Shown: positions 17,795-26,651 of the stretch, piece by piece
Layout: every line of letters begins with the position of its first letter
How positions within the stretch are numbered: the stretch's first letter is position 1
Origin: an uncultured Spirochaetales bacterium
GTDB lineage: Bacteria; Spirochaetota; Spirochaetia; SPDA01; CAZSGZ01
DNA length: 64,000 nucleotides
Reading direction: 5' to 3'
Assembly: GCA_964440465.1 (NCBI GenBank)
Contig: CAYTSI010000005.1
Location: 151-64,150, forward strand
The notes under the pieces: generated by a model
The model's input: the letters and a program-made list of their open reading frames with translations, nothing else
What the model was told of the DNA's origin: nothing
Databases searched by the model: none
Made by a program: the position numbers and the translations under genes

Positions 17795-18769
17795 ATGATC
17801 ATATTTGAAATACTAAAGAAAAGTGAGGCTGATGTGAAACCAGTAATAACTGCATATGGCGAGGCCCTGTGGGACCTTCTGCCGGAAGGCCCGGTCTTAG
17901 GCGGGGCATTGCTGAATTTTACCTACCGGGCAAAGAGCTTAGGCGCTGACGCGGAATGTATCAGCAGGCTCGGTATGGACGATTTGGGGGACAGAGCTGC
18001 CGGAAAAATGAACGACTTGGGGTTTGATATGAATTATATTCAGAGGGACAGTGCTCACTCTACCGGGACGGTCCCAGTCAGTTTTGATGAACAGAAAAAT
18101 CCCAGCTATGTCATTACCCCGGAGGTTGCGTTTGATTTTATTGAAGACACGGAAAATCTTGAGGCCAGAATACAACAATCCGACTGCCTCTGCTTCGGGA
18201 GCCTTATTCAGCGCGCTCCGGTTTCGCGGGAAACCCTCTACAAACTGATCGAGCAATTCGGGGGCAGGTACCTGCTTTTCGATATCAATTTACGAAAAGA
18301 CTGTTATTCCTCCAAAACGGTGCGCACGTCCCTGGAAAAATGTCATATTGCGAAGCTCAATGAGGACGAACTGCATGAGCTTAAAGAATTAATTGGAATT
18401 TCCGGGAATTCAGTCCGGAAACTGACGCAATCCTGTGTTGAAACCTACGGTTTGACCTATTGTCTCGTAACTTTAGGAGACAAGGGGCTTTTTGCCGCGG
18501 CTGATTCGGGGACAGAGGTGTATGTTCCGGGTATTGTCGTCGACCTTGTCGACCCGATTGGTGCCGGGGACGCCTGTACGGCAGGGTTTATTTTTTCTCT
18601 CCTGCAGGACAGTCCTCTCGATTACGCGTGCAAATATGCCAATGCAATCGGTGCGGCGGTCGCGGAAACTTCCGGGGCCACCGGTTTTGTATCGAAAGAG
18701 CGGATCGAAGCGGTCCTCCGCGGTGGGGACTATTCGGAGCCTCATCCAGAATTTCGGAGGAAGTACTGA
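17795..18769 (+). CDS. PfkB-family carbohydrate kinase, ribokinase/fructokinase-like.
   Basis: DPIGAGDACTAGFIFSL is the PfkB signature 2. An N-terminal GG dipeptide motif region is also present. Confidence 0.8.
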   Translation: MIIFEILKKSEADVKPVITAYGEALWDLLPEGPVLGGALLNFTYRAKSLGADAECISRLGMDDLGDRAAGKMNDLGFDMNYIQRDSAHSTGTVPVSFDEQKNPSYVITPEVAFDFIEDTENLEARIQQSDCLCFGSLIQRAPVSRETLYKLIEQFGGRYLLFDINLRKDCYSSKTVRTSLEKCHIAKLNEDELHELKELIGISGNSVRKLTQSCVETYGLTYCLVTLGDKGLFAAADSGTEVYVPGIVVDLVDPIGAGDACTAGFIFSLLQDSPLDYACKYANAIGAAVAETSGATGFVSKERIEAVLRGGDYSEPHPEFRRKY

Positions 18770-18822
18770 ACTTTTAGTTGATTTTTTTGCGCTTTACTAT
18801 TATTATATCTCGAAACAACTAA

Positions 18823-19008
<186 letters not shown>

Positions 19009-19046
19009 CACTTTTACGTAAGCAGTGTTAAGCTGCATTTTGTATG

Positions 19047-19090
19047 AAAGCTGCTGCCGGCCGTTGGTGCCGACGGCAGCTTTTTGTTTG
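19047..19090 (+). terminator. Rho-independent terminator downstream of the ferredoxin gene.
   Basis: The hairpin is gctgccg-N13-cggcagc, followed immediately by TTTTTGTTTG. Confidence 0.6.
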
Positions 19091-19119
19091 CCCGGCGAAG
19101 CCGGCAAACCTGCCGCGGT

Positions 19120-19130
19120 GGGGACAGAGC
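19120..19130 (+). repeat. Intergenic copy of the hyper-abundant motif GGGGACAGAGC.
   Basis: An exact match to the core 10-mer that is seen 19 times in the window. Confidence 0.7.
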
Positions 19131-19156
19131 ATGCCGATCGATGCCTAATTAATTCG

Positions 19157-19185
19157 TTGACAGGGGACAGAGCCGAAGGTAAACT
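19157..19185 (+). promoter_or_regulatory. Sigma70 consensus promoter for the downstream secreted-protein gene: TTGACA, a 17-bp spacer, then TAAACT. The spacer is itself a copy of the GGGGACAGAGC motif (19163-19173).
   Basis: Read directly as gTTGACAggggacagagccgaaggTAAACT. It is followed by an aaggag RBS and a GTG start at 19204. Confidence 0.5.
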
Positions 19186-19203
19186 TTTTTTAAGGAGTGT
19201 GGT

Positions 19204-19875
19204 GTGAAAAAAATACTAAGTGCTCTCGTGTTGTTGTTCTTTTGCCGCGTTTTTCCTGTTTTTTCCTTCAATCCGGAGGAACTGAACACAATTACCTTTC
19301 ATAATAATACAGGTTACGATATTTACTATATTTTCCTCTCCCCGGGAGACAGCGACTTTTGGGGGCCGGAGGTGCTCGGGGCCGACCGCGTCCTTGGCGC
19401 CGGGGAAAGCCTGGGGTTTTATATTCATTACCCCGATTTTTCGAACACTTTCGATATTATGGCCATCGATGACGACGGGTATACCTTTATTCTGTGGGAC
19501 TATGAAGTCTCCGACGATGCTCCGGCGGAACTGACTTTCGATTTTGAAGACCTTTTGGACGATCCTCCGGACCTGGAGTTTATTACACTCAATGTAACAA
19601 ATGAAACGGTGCCGGTTTATCTTCTTTTCGTATCTCCCGAAGATTCAAACATGTGGGGTGTCGATTTGCTGGATGAATATACCATTTTAGAATCGGAAAA
19701 ATCCTTCAGTGTTCTCGTTCCGGTGGGTGGGACTACAACAACCTACAACGTTCTGGCGGTGGACGAGGACATGGATGAATACATCTTTGATATTCACCTC
19801 AACACCCGCTATGCCGATTCCGAAGGGACCATGTACGAGGCCGTTACCCTGGATGATTTGGTTACCGGCTACTGA
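19204..19875 (+). CDS. Secreted acidic hypothetical protein with an internal tandem duplication of a domain of about 75 aa.
   Basis: It has a signal peptide (MKKILSALVLLFFCRVFPVFS). Two homologous halves are ITFHNNTGYDIYYIFLSPGDSDFWGPEVLG... and ITLNVTNETVPVYLLFVSPEDSNMWGVDLL... Confidence 0.55.
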   Translation: MKKILSALVLLFFCRVFPVFSFNPEELNTITFHNNTGYDIYYIFLSPGDSDFWGPEVLGADRVLGAGESLGFYIHYPDFSNTFDIMAIDDDGYTFILWDYEVSDDAPAELTFDFEDLLDDPPDLEFITLNVTNETVPVYLLFVSPEDSNMWGVDLLDEYTILESEKSFSVLVPVGGTTTTYNVLAVDEDMDEYIFDIHLNTRYADSEGTMYEAVTLDDLVTGY

Positions 19876-21944
19876 ACCGTAAGTTCTTTCAGCGGCTGCG
19901 GTTTCGATATTTCGTACCCCTGAGCGTAGTCGACACCGATTTCCGTTAGTTTTTCGAGGATCGTACTATTTCGAACAAATTCGGCAATTGTTTCTATTCC
20001 CATGACATGACCTAACGTGTTAATAGCTTCAACCATAGCTGAGTTGACGCTGTTTTCATCCATATCTTTTACAAAGGAACCGTCTATTTTGAGGTAATCG
20101 ACAGGCATATTTTTCAGGTAATTGAAAGAGGAAAAACCGCTCCCGAAATCGTCCAATGAAAATGTACATCCCATTTTTTTCAGCTCGTGAATAAACTGGC
20201 TTGCCGTGGTCATATTGCTGATGGTGACGGTTTCGGTTATTTCAAAGCAAAAGTTTTCCGGCGCCGCGCCGCTGCTGTGAAGCTGGTTCTGTATAAACTC
20301 GAGAAAATGCTCATCCGCCATACTTTCGGCGGAAAGATTGATGGAAAATACCTTTTTCCCGGCGCCGCCGTTCAACTTGTTAAACATCCCGACCGCTGTT
20401 TTCACGACCCAGCGGTCCACGAGGGGCATTAAATTGTAGCGTTCCGCGGCGGGAAGAAAATCGATCGGGGGGATTATCCCTCCGTTTTCGTCTATCATCC
20501 GGATGAGGACCTCCATTTTTTCCGACGTGCTGGCAACCGCGTGGGGCGAAATGGGCATAATCGTCTGATAGTAGAGCTCAAACCTGTCTTCTTCCAAAGC
20601 CTTGGTTAATCGGGTTACCCACTGCATTTCTCCGCGGCGCTGTTTAAATTGTTTGTCCGATGTTTTATAGACCCGGATCCGCCTTCCCCCCTCGTCTTTT
20701 GCGATGTAGCAGGCATCGTCGGCGGCGGCTAAAACCGAATGGATGTCTTCGCTTGTATCATCGATTACAACGAGGCCGATACTCGAGTGGATGTTGAACG
20801 CGTTCTGGCCCCATACCAGGCGCCGTTCCTTCAGCCGGTTCTGCAGCCGCTCGGCGATAATGTGGGCGGTTTCCTGGTCGGTGTTGTTCAGGACAATACC
20901 GAACTCGTCGCCGCCGAGCCGCGCGCAGATGTCACTGCTTCGAAATACGTTTTTGACAATTGCCGTAGTCTCGAGCAGCAGCTCATCTCCCGCGGCGTGG
21001 CCGATGGTGTCGTTTATCAGCTTAAACTGGTCGAGGTCGAGATAGATGAGGGCGTGCTGTGCCCCTTCTTTTTTCGCGGAATTGATAAGGCCCTTCAATG
21101 CCTGTGAAAAAGCGTCCCGATTTAAAAGGCCGGTAAGAGCGTCGTGGCTTGCCTGATAGGAAATTTTGTTCGACATCTCCCTCAGTTCCGAGATGTCCCG
21201 TACTGCTATTACCTGTCCCTCGATTCCCGATTGGCTGTCCCGGATACTGGCTACCGTACCTTCGACGGGGATCGTTTCGCCGTTTTTGTTCTTGATTACC
21301 GCTTCTTTGAAGAAAAATGTTCCCTGTTGAGGGTTTTTAACGTCGATATCGGGAAGCATAATCTCTTGCTTGGTATTTTCGTCATATATCTTTATCACCG
21401 ATGCAATATGCTTTGCTTTGGCTTCGGTTTCTTCGAGTCCCGTTATCGATTCCGCAACGGGATTCATGAATTCCACGTTCCGCTGATTGTCGGTTGCAAT
21501 TATCCCGTCGGCAATGCTGTGAAGAATAGCTGAAAACCGCCGTTCCTGCCGTTTCAGGGTTTTATCCACCTGGTATTTATAGATTGCTATATCAATGGTA
21601 GTGTAGAGTTCTTTTTCTTTAAAGGGTTTGAGAATGTAGCCGAAAGGTTCCGCTTCTTTCGCCCGGTTTAAGGTCTTTTCATCGGCATAGGCCGTGAGAA
21701 AAATGACGGGTATCTGGTTCCGGTCTTTAACGATTTTTGCCGCGTCGATACCGTCGATATCACCTCCGCCAAGCATAATGTCCATAAGAATGATATCCGG
21801 GTTAAGTTCCGCCGCTTTATCTATAGCTTCCTGTCCGGTAGTGCAGAGCCCGACAACATCGTAGTCGAATTTTTCCAAACGCCGCTGCAGGTCGAGGGAA
21901 ATTATTTTTTCATCTTCAACAATAAGAATTCGTTCTTTACTCAT
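19869..21944 (-). CDS. Response regulator with REC, PAS, GGDEF and EAL domains (c-di-GMP turnover).
   Basis: The N-terminal receiver has the phospho-acceptor Asp (ILMDIML). The GGDEF domain has RLGGDEFGIV. The C-terminal EAL domain region has EVLIRM. Confidence 0.85.
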   Translation of the reverse strand: MSKERILIVEDEKIISLDLQRRLEKFDYDVVGLCTTGQEAIDKAAELNPDIILMDIMLGGGDIDGIDAAKIVKDRNQIPVIFLTAYADEKTLNRAKEAEPFGYILKPFKEKELYTTIDIAIYKYQVDKTLKRQERRFSAILHSIADGIIATDNQRNVEFMNPVAESITGLEETEAKAKHIASVIKIYDENTKQEIMLPDIDVKNPQQGTFFFKEAVIKNKNGETIPVEGTVASIRDSQSGIEGQVIAVRDISELREMSNKISYQASHDALTGLLNRDAFSQALKGLINSAKKEGAQHALIYLDLDQFKLINDTIGHAAGDELLLETTAIVKNVFRSSDICARLGGDEFGIVLNNTDQETAHIIAERLQNRLKERRLVWGQNAFNIHSSIGLVVIDDTSEDIHSVLAAADDACYIAKDEGGRRIRVYKTSDKQFKQRRGEMQWVTRLTKALEEDRFELYYQTIMPISPHAVASTSEKMEVLIRMIDENGGIIPPIDFLPAAERYNLMPLVDRWVVKTAVGMFNKLNGGAGKKVFSINLSAESMADEHFLEFIQNQLHSSGAAPENFCFEITETVTISNMTTASQFIHELKKMGCTFSLDDFGSGFSSFNYLKNMPVDYLKIDGSFVKDMDENSVNSAMVEAINTLGHVMGIETIAEFVRNSTILEKLTEIGVDYAQGYEISKPQPLKELTVQ

Positions 21945-22031
21945 AGATGCTTATCTTTTCCTTATTACGTTGTATAATATTACCATGATTATTGCAACAT
22001 CAATCTTAATAAATATATACTATTATATAAT

Positions 22032-23165
22032 ATGCAGTTTGTAAATAAAATAAATGTTATGGAGTTGCAAAAACGGGAGCGTCCACGGGAGGAAGATCTG
22101 CGGGGGGCCTTTTTCAGGGACACTACCGCTATTATTCACTCCTATCCTTTCCGAAGGCTGCGGCACAAAACACAGGTATTTTTTTCACCGAAAAACGATC
22201 ATATCTGTACGCGCATCGAACATGTCATGCATGTCGCGACTGTGGCGACCACCATCTGCAAAGCCTTGAAACTCGATACCGACCTGGCTTGGGCAATCAG
22301 CATGGGCCACGACTTAGGGCATACTCCCTTCGGGCATTCCGGCGAAAAAATTATCGAGAAGATGTTTGCCGACCGGGGAGGGTTCGCCCACGAACTCTAC
22401 TCCCTTCGGGTGGTGGACAAACTCCACAAATACGGAAAGGGAATGAACCTGACCTATGCCGTGCGGGACGGAATTGTTACCCACTGCGGAGAAAAGTTTG
22501 AGCAGTTTATTTCCCCCGACCACAGGGTAAAAGAACTTTCTTCCATTACCGACAGGGAGTCCTATCCGGCAACGTGGGAAGGGGCTGTTGTCCGGATGTC
22601 CGACAAAATTGCTTACTTAGGAAGGGACATGGAGGATGCCGTACGGCTGAATGTTATCACTCCGAAAGAGCTTCCCGATACTGTAGTACGGGTCTTAGGA
22701 ACGCGGAACAGCGATATTATTGACACCCTCGTACGTGACTGTGTAGCAACTTCGACAGCTGAGGGACAGATCGGGTTCAGCCCGCGGGTCTACTCCGCTC
22801 TTATCGATTTAAAAGATTTCAACTATGAGCATATTTATACAAGCAGGGCCCTCTCCCGCTATACAGCCTTCTTTGAAAGGATCCTTACGACATTGTTTTT
22901 GTATTTGGAGCGAATTTTTAAAGCTTACCGCTTTACATTTGCCGATTACCAGCGGGAGCATACAATTCTTGCCATCCGCTTTGGAGATTACCTGTCTAAA
23001 ATGCAGTCCTTCTACACCGCCGAGAGAGCGGGGGACGATCAGATAGTAATTGATTATGTAGCAGGAATGACCGACGATTACGCGATAGACTGTATAGAAG
23101 AGATTATGGTCCCAAAAGAGTTTGAACATTACGACAGAGAGCTGTACACAAAGTTGAATTTATGA
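22032..23165 (+). CDS. dGTP triphosphohydrolase-like HD-domain protein (Dgt family).
   Basis: HSYPFRRLRHKTQVF ... the HD motif MGHDLGHTPFGH ... a conserved C-terminal Dgt-like region. Confidence 0.75.
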   Translation: MQFVNKINVMELQKRERPREEDLRGAFFRDTTAIIHSYPFRRLRHKTQVFFSPKNDHICTRIEHVMHVATVATTICKALKLDTDLAWAISMGHDLGHTPFGHSGEKIIEKMFADRGGFAHELYSLRVVDKLHKYGKGMNLTYAVRDGIVTHCGEKFEQFISPDHRVKELSSITDRESYPATWEGAVVRMSDKIAYLGRDMEDAVRLNVITPKELPDTVVRVLGTRNSDIIDTLVRDCVATSTAEGQIGFSPRVYSALIDLKDFNYEHIYTSRALSRYTAFFERILTTLFLYLERIFKAYRFTFADYQREHTILAIRFGDYLSKMQSFYTAERAGDDQIVIDYVAGMTDDYAIDCIEEIMVPKEFEHYDRELYTKLNL

Positions 23166-23192
23166 TTTAATGCAGATATTAGAGGAAAATGA

Positions 23193-23561
23193 ATGCCGTT
23201 TAGTATTTTGGAAAAAGACAGGAAGACATTTGAATATTTTAAAAAATACGTTGAGTTTTTAGAGCTCGAGGAAAACACCTGTCTCATCCTTGACAACAAG
23301 ATACAATCCGAGGAAATCCAGGAGCATTTGCGCCGGACCGGTCATAACAGCGGAATGGATGGAAGGAAAAAAGAGATTATTTCACAGTGGATTAAAGAAA
23401 ATGCCCGTCCGTTCCGGGATTATCTGAACAGCATCAAACTTGCCTATGTCGTATGGAAATGCATGGGCAAAGAATGGTCCGAGATAACCTGGGAAGAGTT
23501 CTTCAAAATCGAAGAGCGCCTCAATTCCCTCAAGTACAAATGTCTCGATACGATTTTTTAA
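23193..23561 (+). CDS. Hypothetical protein of 122 aa.
   Basis: ORF only. No motif was recognised. Confidence 0.35.
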   Translation: MPFSILEKDRKTFEYFKKYVEFLELEENTCLILDNKIQSEEIQEHLRRTGHNSGMDGRKKEIISQWIKENARPFRDYLNSIKLAYVVWKCMGKEWSEITWEEFFKIEERLNSLKYKCLDTIF

Positions 23562-25399
23562 GAAAACATCATGCTGTTCACGTAATCGTCCATAAACTCC
23601 GGCGAAGATGACAATTCAATATATTCGGTCTGTTCACTCAGTGCCCCGCATTCCTGTAATTTTTCCCGGGACAGCAGCGCCATAATCGCGCCGGAGCCGG
23701 CTGCATTGCCGATAACTTCAATCTTGTTTTCCAGTTCTTTGGGAATAAGGCCGATATGTATTGCGTGATGTTTATCGATATAGCTGCCGAATCCGCCCGC
23801 GAGGAACACCCGTTCGATATCATGAACGCTCTTACCGGCGGTTTTCATGAGGGTGGTTATTCCCGCTGCAATTGAAGCTTTCGCGTTTTGCACCTCCCGT
23901 ATGTCCTTCTGGGTAAGAAGAATTGCATCGCCGTGGGACGTATCTTCAGCCTTTACCAAGGTGTAGGCGGTCTGTTTGTCGAGTTTGGTCAGGTTTTCCG
24001 CTAAATGCTTTCCGGTTTCGTTTTCTATATCATCGGCATCAACCATCCTGCCGGTTTCATCGATAATACCGGCATAGAGCAGGTTGGAAATGGCATCCAC
24101 AATTCCGGAACCGCAAATGCCTAAAGGTTTTTTATCGGCAATGGTAGTACAGGATATCGATGAATCGTGAAGGGCGACCGTATCGATTGCTCCGGCTATT
24201 CCTCCGACTCCGTCCCTGATGGTGGCGCCTTCAAATGCCGGTCCGGCCGCGGTGGAACAGGAAAGCAGCCGGTCCTTGTTTCCGAGCATAATTTCACCGT
24301 TTGTTCCGATGTCGATGAGGAGGCTCAAGCTTTCTTCTTTTGCCATTCCGCTGGCCAATGTAGCGGCGGTAATGTCCGCGCCGATATAGGCTGAAATCCC
24401 GGGCAGCAGATAGATCCACCCCTGTTCGGCAATGGCAATCCCCATTTCAGCCGCGGTTGTCCGCGTCATTTCCAGACTGGCGGGGATAAAGGGCGCCGCG
24501 GCGATATTTTTCGGAGGTATTCCCGCCGCGAGGTGCATCATGGTGGAGTTCCCCACGATGGTCATGCTGTAGATGCTCTTCCGGTCAATTGCATATTTGG
24601 AGACAAGCGAATCGATGAGGTCATTCAGCTGCCCGATAATGCCGTTGTGCAGTGTTTCCAAGCCCTGTTCATTCGTCATGGTGTGATTTATCCGGGCAAT
24701 AACGTCCTGTCCGTAACTTTTCTGCACGTTCAGGCCGGAGGCCACGCCGATTTTTTTCCCGGAAGTCATGTCTAAAAGATAGACGACCACGGTTGTTGTC
24801 CCGATATCCACCGCCAGGCCGTAATTGATATCTTCGGTGTTCCCCTGCTCGATGGTCAGAATCTGCGCGTCGTTGTAGACCGCGGTAGCGGAAAAACCGT
24901 TGTCCCGAAGCACCGAGGGCAGTTTTCCGATCTCATTCAGCGTAATCCTGTGGTCCGGCAGTTTGAGTTCGTCCCGAAGCCTTTTCAGGTCGTCCCGCTG
25001 GTCTTCTAAGGTCGGCTTGGAAAGGGAAACATATTTCTTTTTAATGCATGGGTTTAGATGTTCCCGAAACTCGCTGCTGTCCTCTAATATAACGATCTGT
25101 CCGGACTTGTCGTTTAAGGTAACGGTAATGTCTCCGGTTATCTGAGTAGAACAGGCAAGTCTGTATCCCCGGGCGAGTTCGGTTTCCGACAGTTTTTTCT
25201 TTTCAATTTCGGTAACGCCGGAAGCTCCGTCCCCCTCTACACGGACAAGGCATTTGCCGCAGGTCCCCCTCCCCCCGCAGGGTGTTTCGATAAACGACCT
25301 GTATTTTTCACCCACCGCTTCTAAAATCGTAGTTTCTTTTTTGCATGATACCGTTTCTGTTTCGTTTTCGGTAATAATGGTAACGTTGTATTCTGACAT
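23558..25399 (-). CDS. RACo-type ATP-dependent reductive activase of corrinoid proteins: a 2Fe-2S ferredoxin domain plus an ASKHA ATPase (DUF4445).
   Basis: The N-terminal plant-type ferredoxin motif is CGGRGTCGKC. It is followed by a Gly-rich ASKHA-fold region of about 550 aa, as in RamA/RACo. Confidence 0.7.
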   Translation of the reverse strand: MSEYNVTIITENETETVSCKKETTILEAVGEKYRSFIETPCGGRGTCGKCLVRVEGDGASGVTEIEKKKLSETELARGYRLACSTQITGDITVTLNDKSGQIVILEDSSEFREHLNPCIKKKYVSLSKPTLEDQRDDLKRLRDELKLPDHRITLNEIGKLPSVLRDNGFSATAVYNDAQILTIEQGNTEDINYGLAVDIGTTTVVVYLLDMTSGKKIGVASGLNVQKSYGQDVIARINHTMTNEQGLETLHNGIIGQLNDLIDSLVSKYAIDRKSIYSMTIVGNSTMMHLAAGIPPKNIAAAPFIPASLEMTRTTAAEMGIAIAEQGWIYLLPGISAYIGADITAATLASGMAKEESLSLLIDIGTNGEIMLGNKDRLLSCSTAAGPAFEGATIRDGVGGIAGAIDTVALHDSSISCTTIADKKPLGICGSGIVDAISNLLYAGIIDETGRMVDADDIENETGKHLAENLTKLDKQTAYTLVKAEDTSHGDAILLTQKDIREVQNAKASIAAGITTLMKTAGKSVHDIERVFLAGGFGSYIDKHHAIHIGLIPKELENKIEVIGNAAGSGAIMALLSREKLQECGALSEQTEYIELSSSPEFMDDYVNSMMFS

Positions 25400-25444
25400 A
25401 GGACATCCTTTCTTACATATAGAATTTTTAATATATTGATTAAT

Positions 25445-25720
25445 TTACATCGATTTTATCAATTGTTCAAGTCTGTTTTCGGTAATAATTGAACCGGCAC
25501 TGACCTGTTTTCCCCGAACAAGAAGGGCGGGAAACTGATGAATTTCAACACCGGGTACCGTGCATTCTTCATCCGCCCGGAGTTTTACATGATTTATTTG
25601 TATATCGGGATGTTTGGTCTGTATCTCACGCAATACTTCACGAACAATTTGATCGCTAATTGTGCAGGAAGCGCAATGCTGGTCTTTTGAAACAAGGGTA
25701 ATGGTAACAGGTTCAGCCAT
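25445..25720 (-). CDS. Small thioredoxin-like protein with a CxxC motif.
   Basis: The 91-aa protein has CASC and a thioredoxin-like layout. Confidence 0.5.
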   Translation of the reverse strand: MAEPVTITLVSKDQHCASCTISDQIVREVLREIQTKHPDIQINHVKLRADEECTVPGVEIHQFPALLVRGKQVSAGSIITENRLEQLIKSM

Positions 25721-26651
25721 TTCCTTCTATTGTACACGCTTTAATGCTTTGCGCAAGAGATTCTTCGCTGATGCTGCCGCGGATAAGGACGATTTTGCTG
25801 CTGTTTGCTTCGAGAAGCGCGGGAACAGGGGGTTTTTCGGAATAGACGCCGTCAATAATTTCAAAGTACTTCGGACCTTCGGGAAAGCGGAGGACCCCTT
25901 TGCCACGGAGTATTTCCGGTTGTATTTTTTTAATATACGCCTCCCATTTCCCCCGGTCGAGGAGGGCTTTCAGTTCAATACTGAAAGAGAAAAAATTATC
26001 CGGCGGTGTATCGCTGCATTTTTCGGGGACATCCTTCTGCCGCGGCGCGATTTCTTCCAGTGCGTCCCGGGAAACTTCCCCGAAACGGGCGGGAAAGATG
26101 GGGGCGGATTCATTATGTTCCCGCAGAAGCTTTTCCGTTTCTTCCAACCGCTCCGGCGTTACCGTGTCGACTTTATTCAGAATAAAGGCGTCGGCGTATT
26201 CTGCCTGGATCTGTACCGCCTCTAAGGTGGCCTCGACTTTATGAAAATTCGCCGCGTCGATAACACAGAAATTCTGTTCCAGTGATATCAGCTTATCGAG
26301 CCCGTCGAGGCGCATCATGGCATACATATCATCCACCCGGGCGATCCCGGTTGCTTCGATAAGGAGAAAATCGGGCCGCGTCTTCTCCGCTATGTTTTTC
26401 AGCTCCGCGATAAAATCGGTGCGCATGCATACGCAGAAAATGCTGCCCTTGTTGAGTTCGATTTTGTAAAAATCGCCCTCCCGTACCAGGGCGCCGTCAA
26501 TCCCGATGGACCCGAACTCATTAATCATCACCGCGAGTTTTCCGCCCCGGGTACTGTACCATTCGATAAGCCGGTTAATAAGTGTCGTTTTCCCGGCGCC
26601 TAAGAACCCCGTAACCAGGACGGTTTTAATTAGAGGATAGCTTTGATCCAT
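25713..26651 (-). CDS. COG0523 (CobW/ZNG1-like) G3E-family GTPase, a putative metallochaperone.
   Basis: The P-loop is GFLGAGKTT, and the C-terminal CobW_C-like region is present. Confidence 0.8.
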   Translation of the reverse strand: MDQSYPLIKTVLVTGFLGAGKTTLINRLIEWYSTRGGKLAVMINEFGSIGIDGALVREGDFYKIELNKGSIFCVCMRTDFIAELKNIAEKTRPDFLLIEATGIARVDDMYAMMRLDGLDKLISLEQNFCVIDAANFHKVEATLEAVQIQAEYADAFILNKVDTVTPERLEETEKLLREHNESAPIFPARFGEVSRDALEEIAPRQKDVPEKCSDTPPDNFFSFSIELKALLDRGKWEAYIKKIQPEILRGKGVLRFPEGPKYFEIIDGVYSEKPPVPALLEANSSKIVLIRGSISEESLAQSIKACTIEGNG

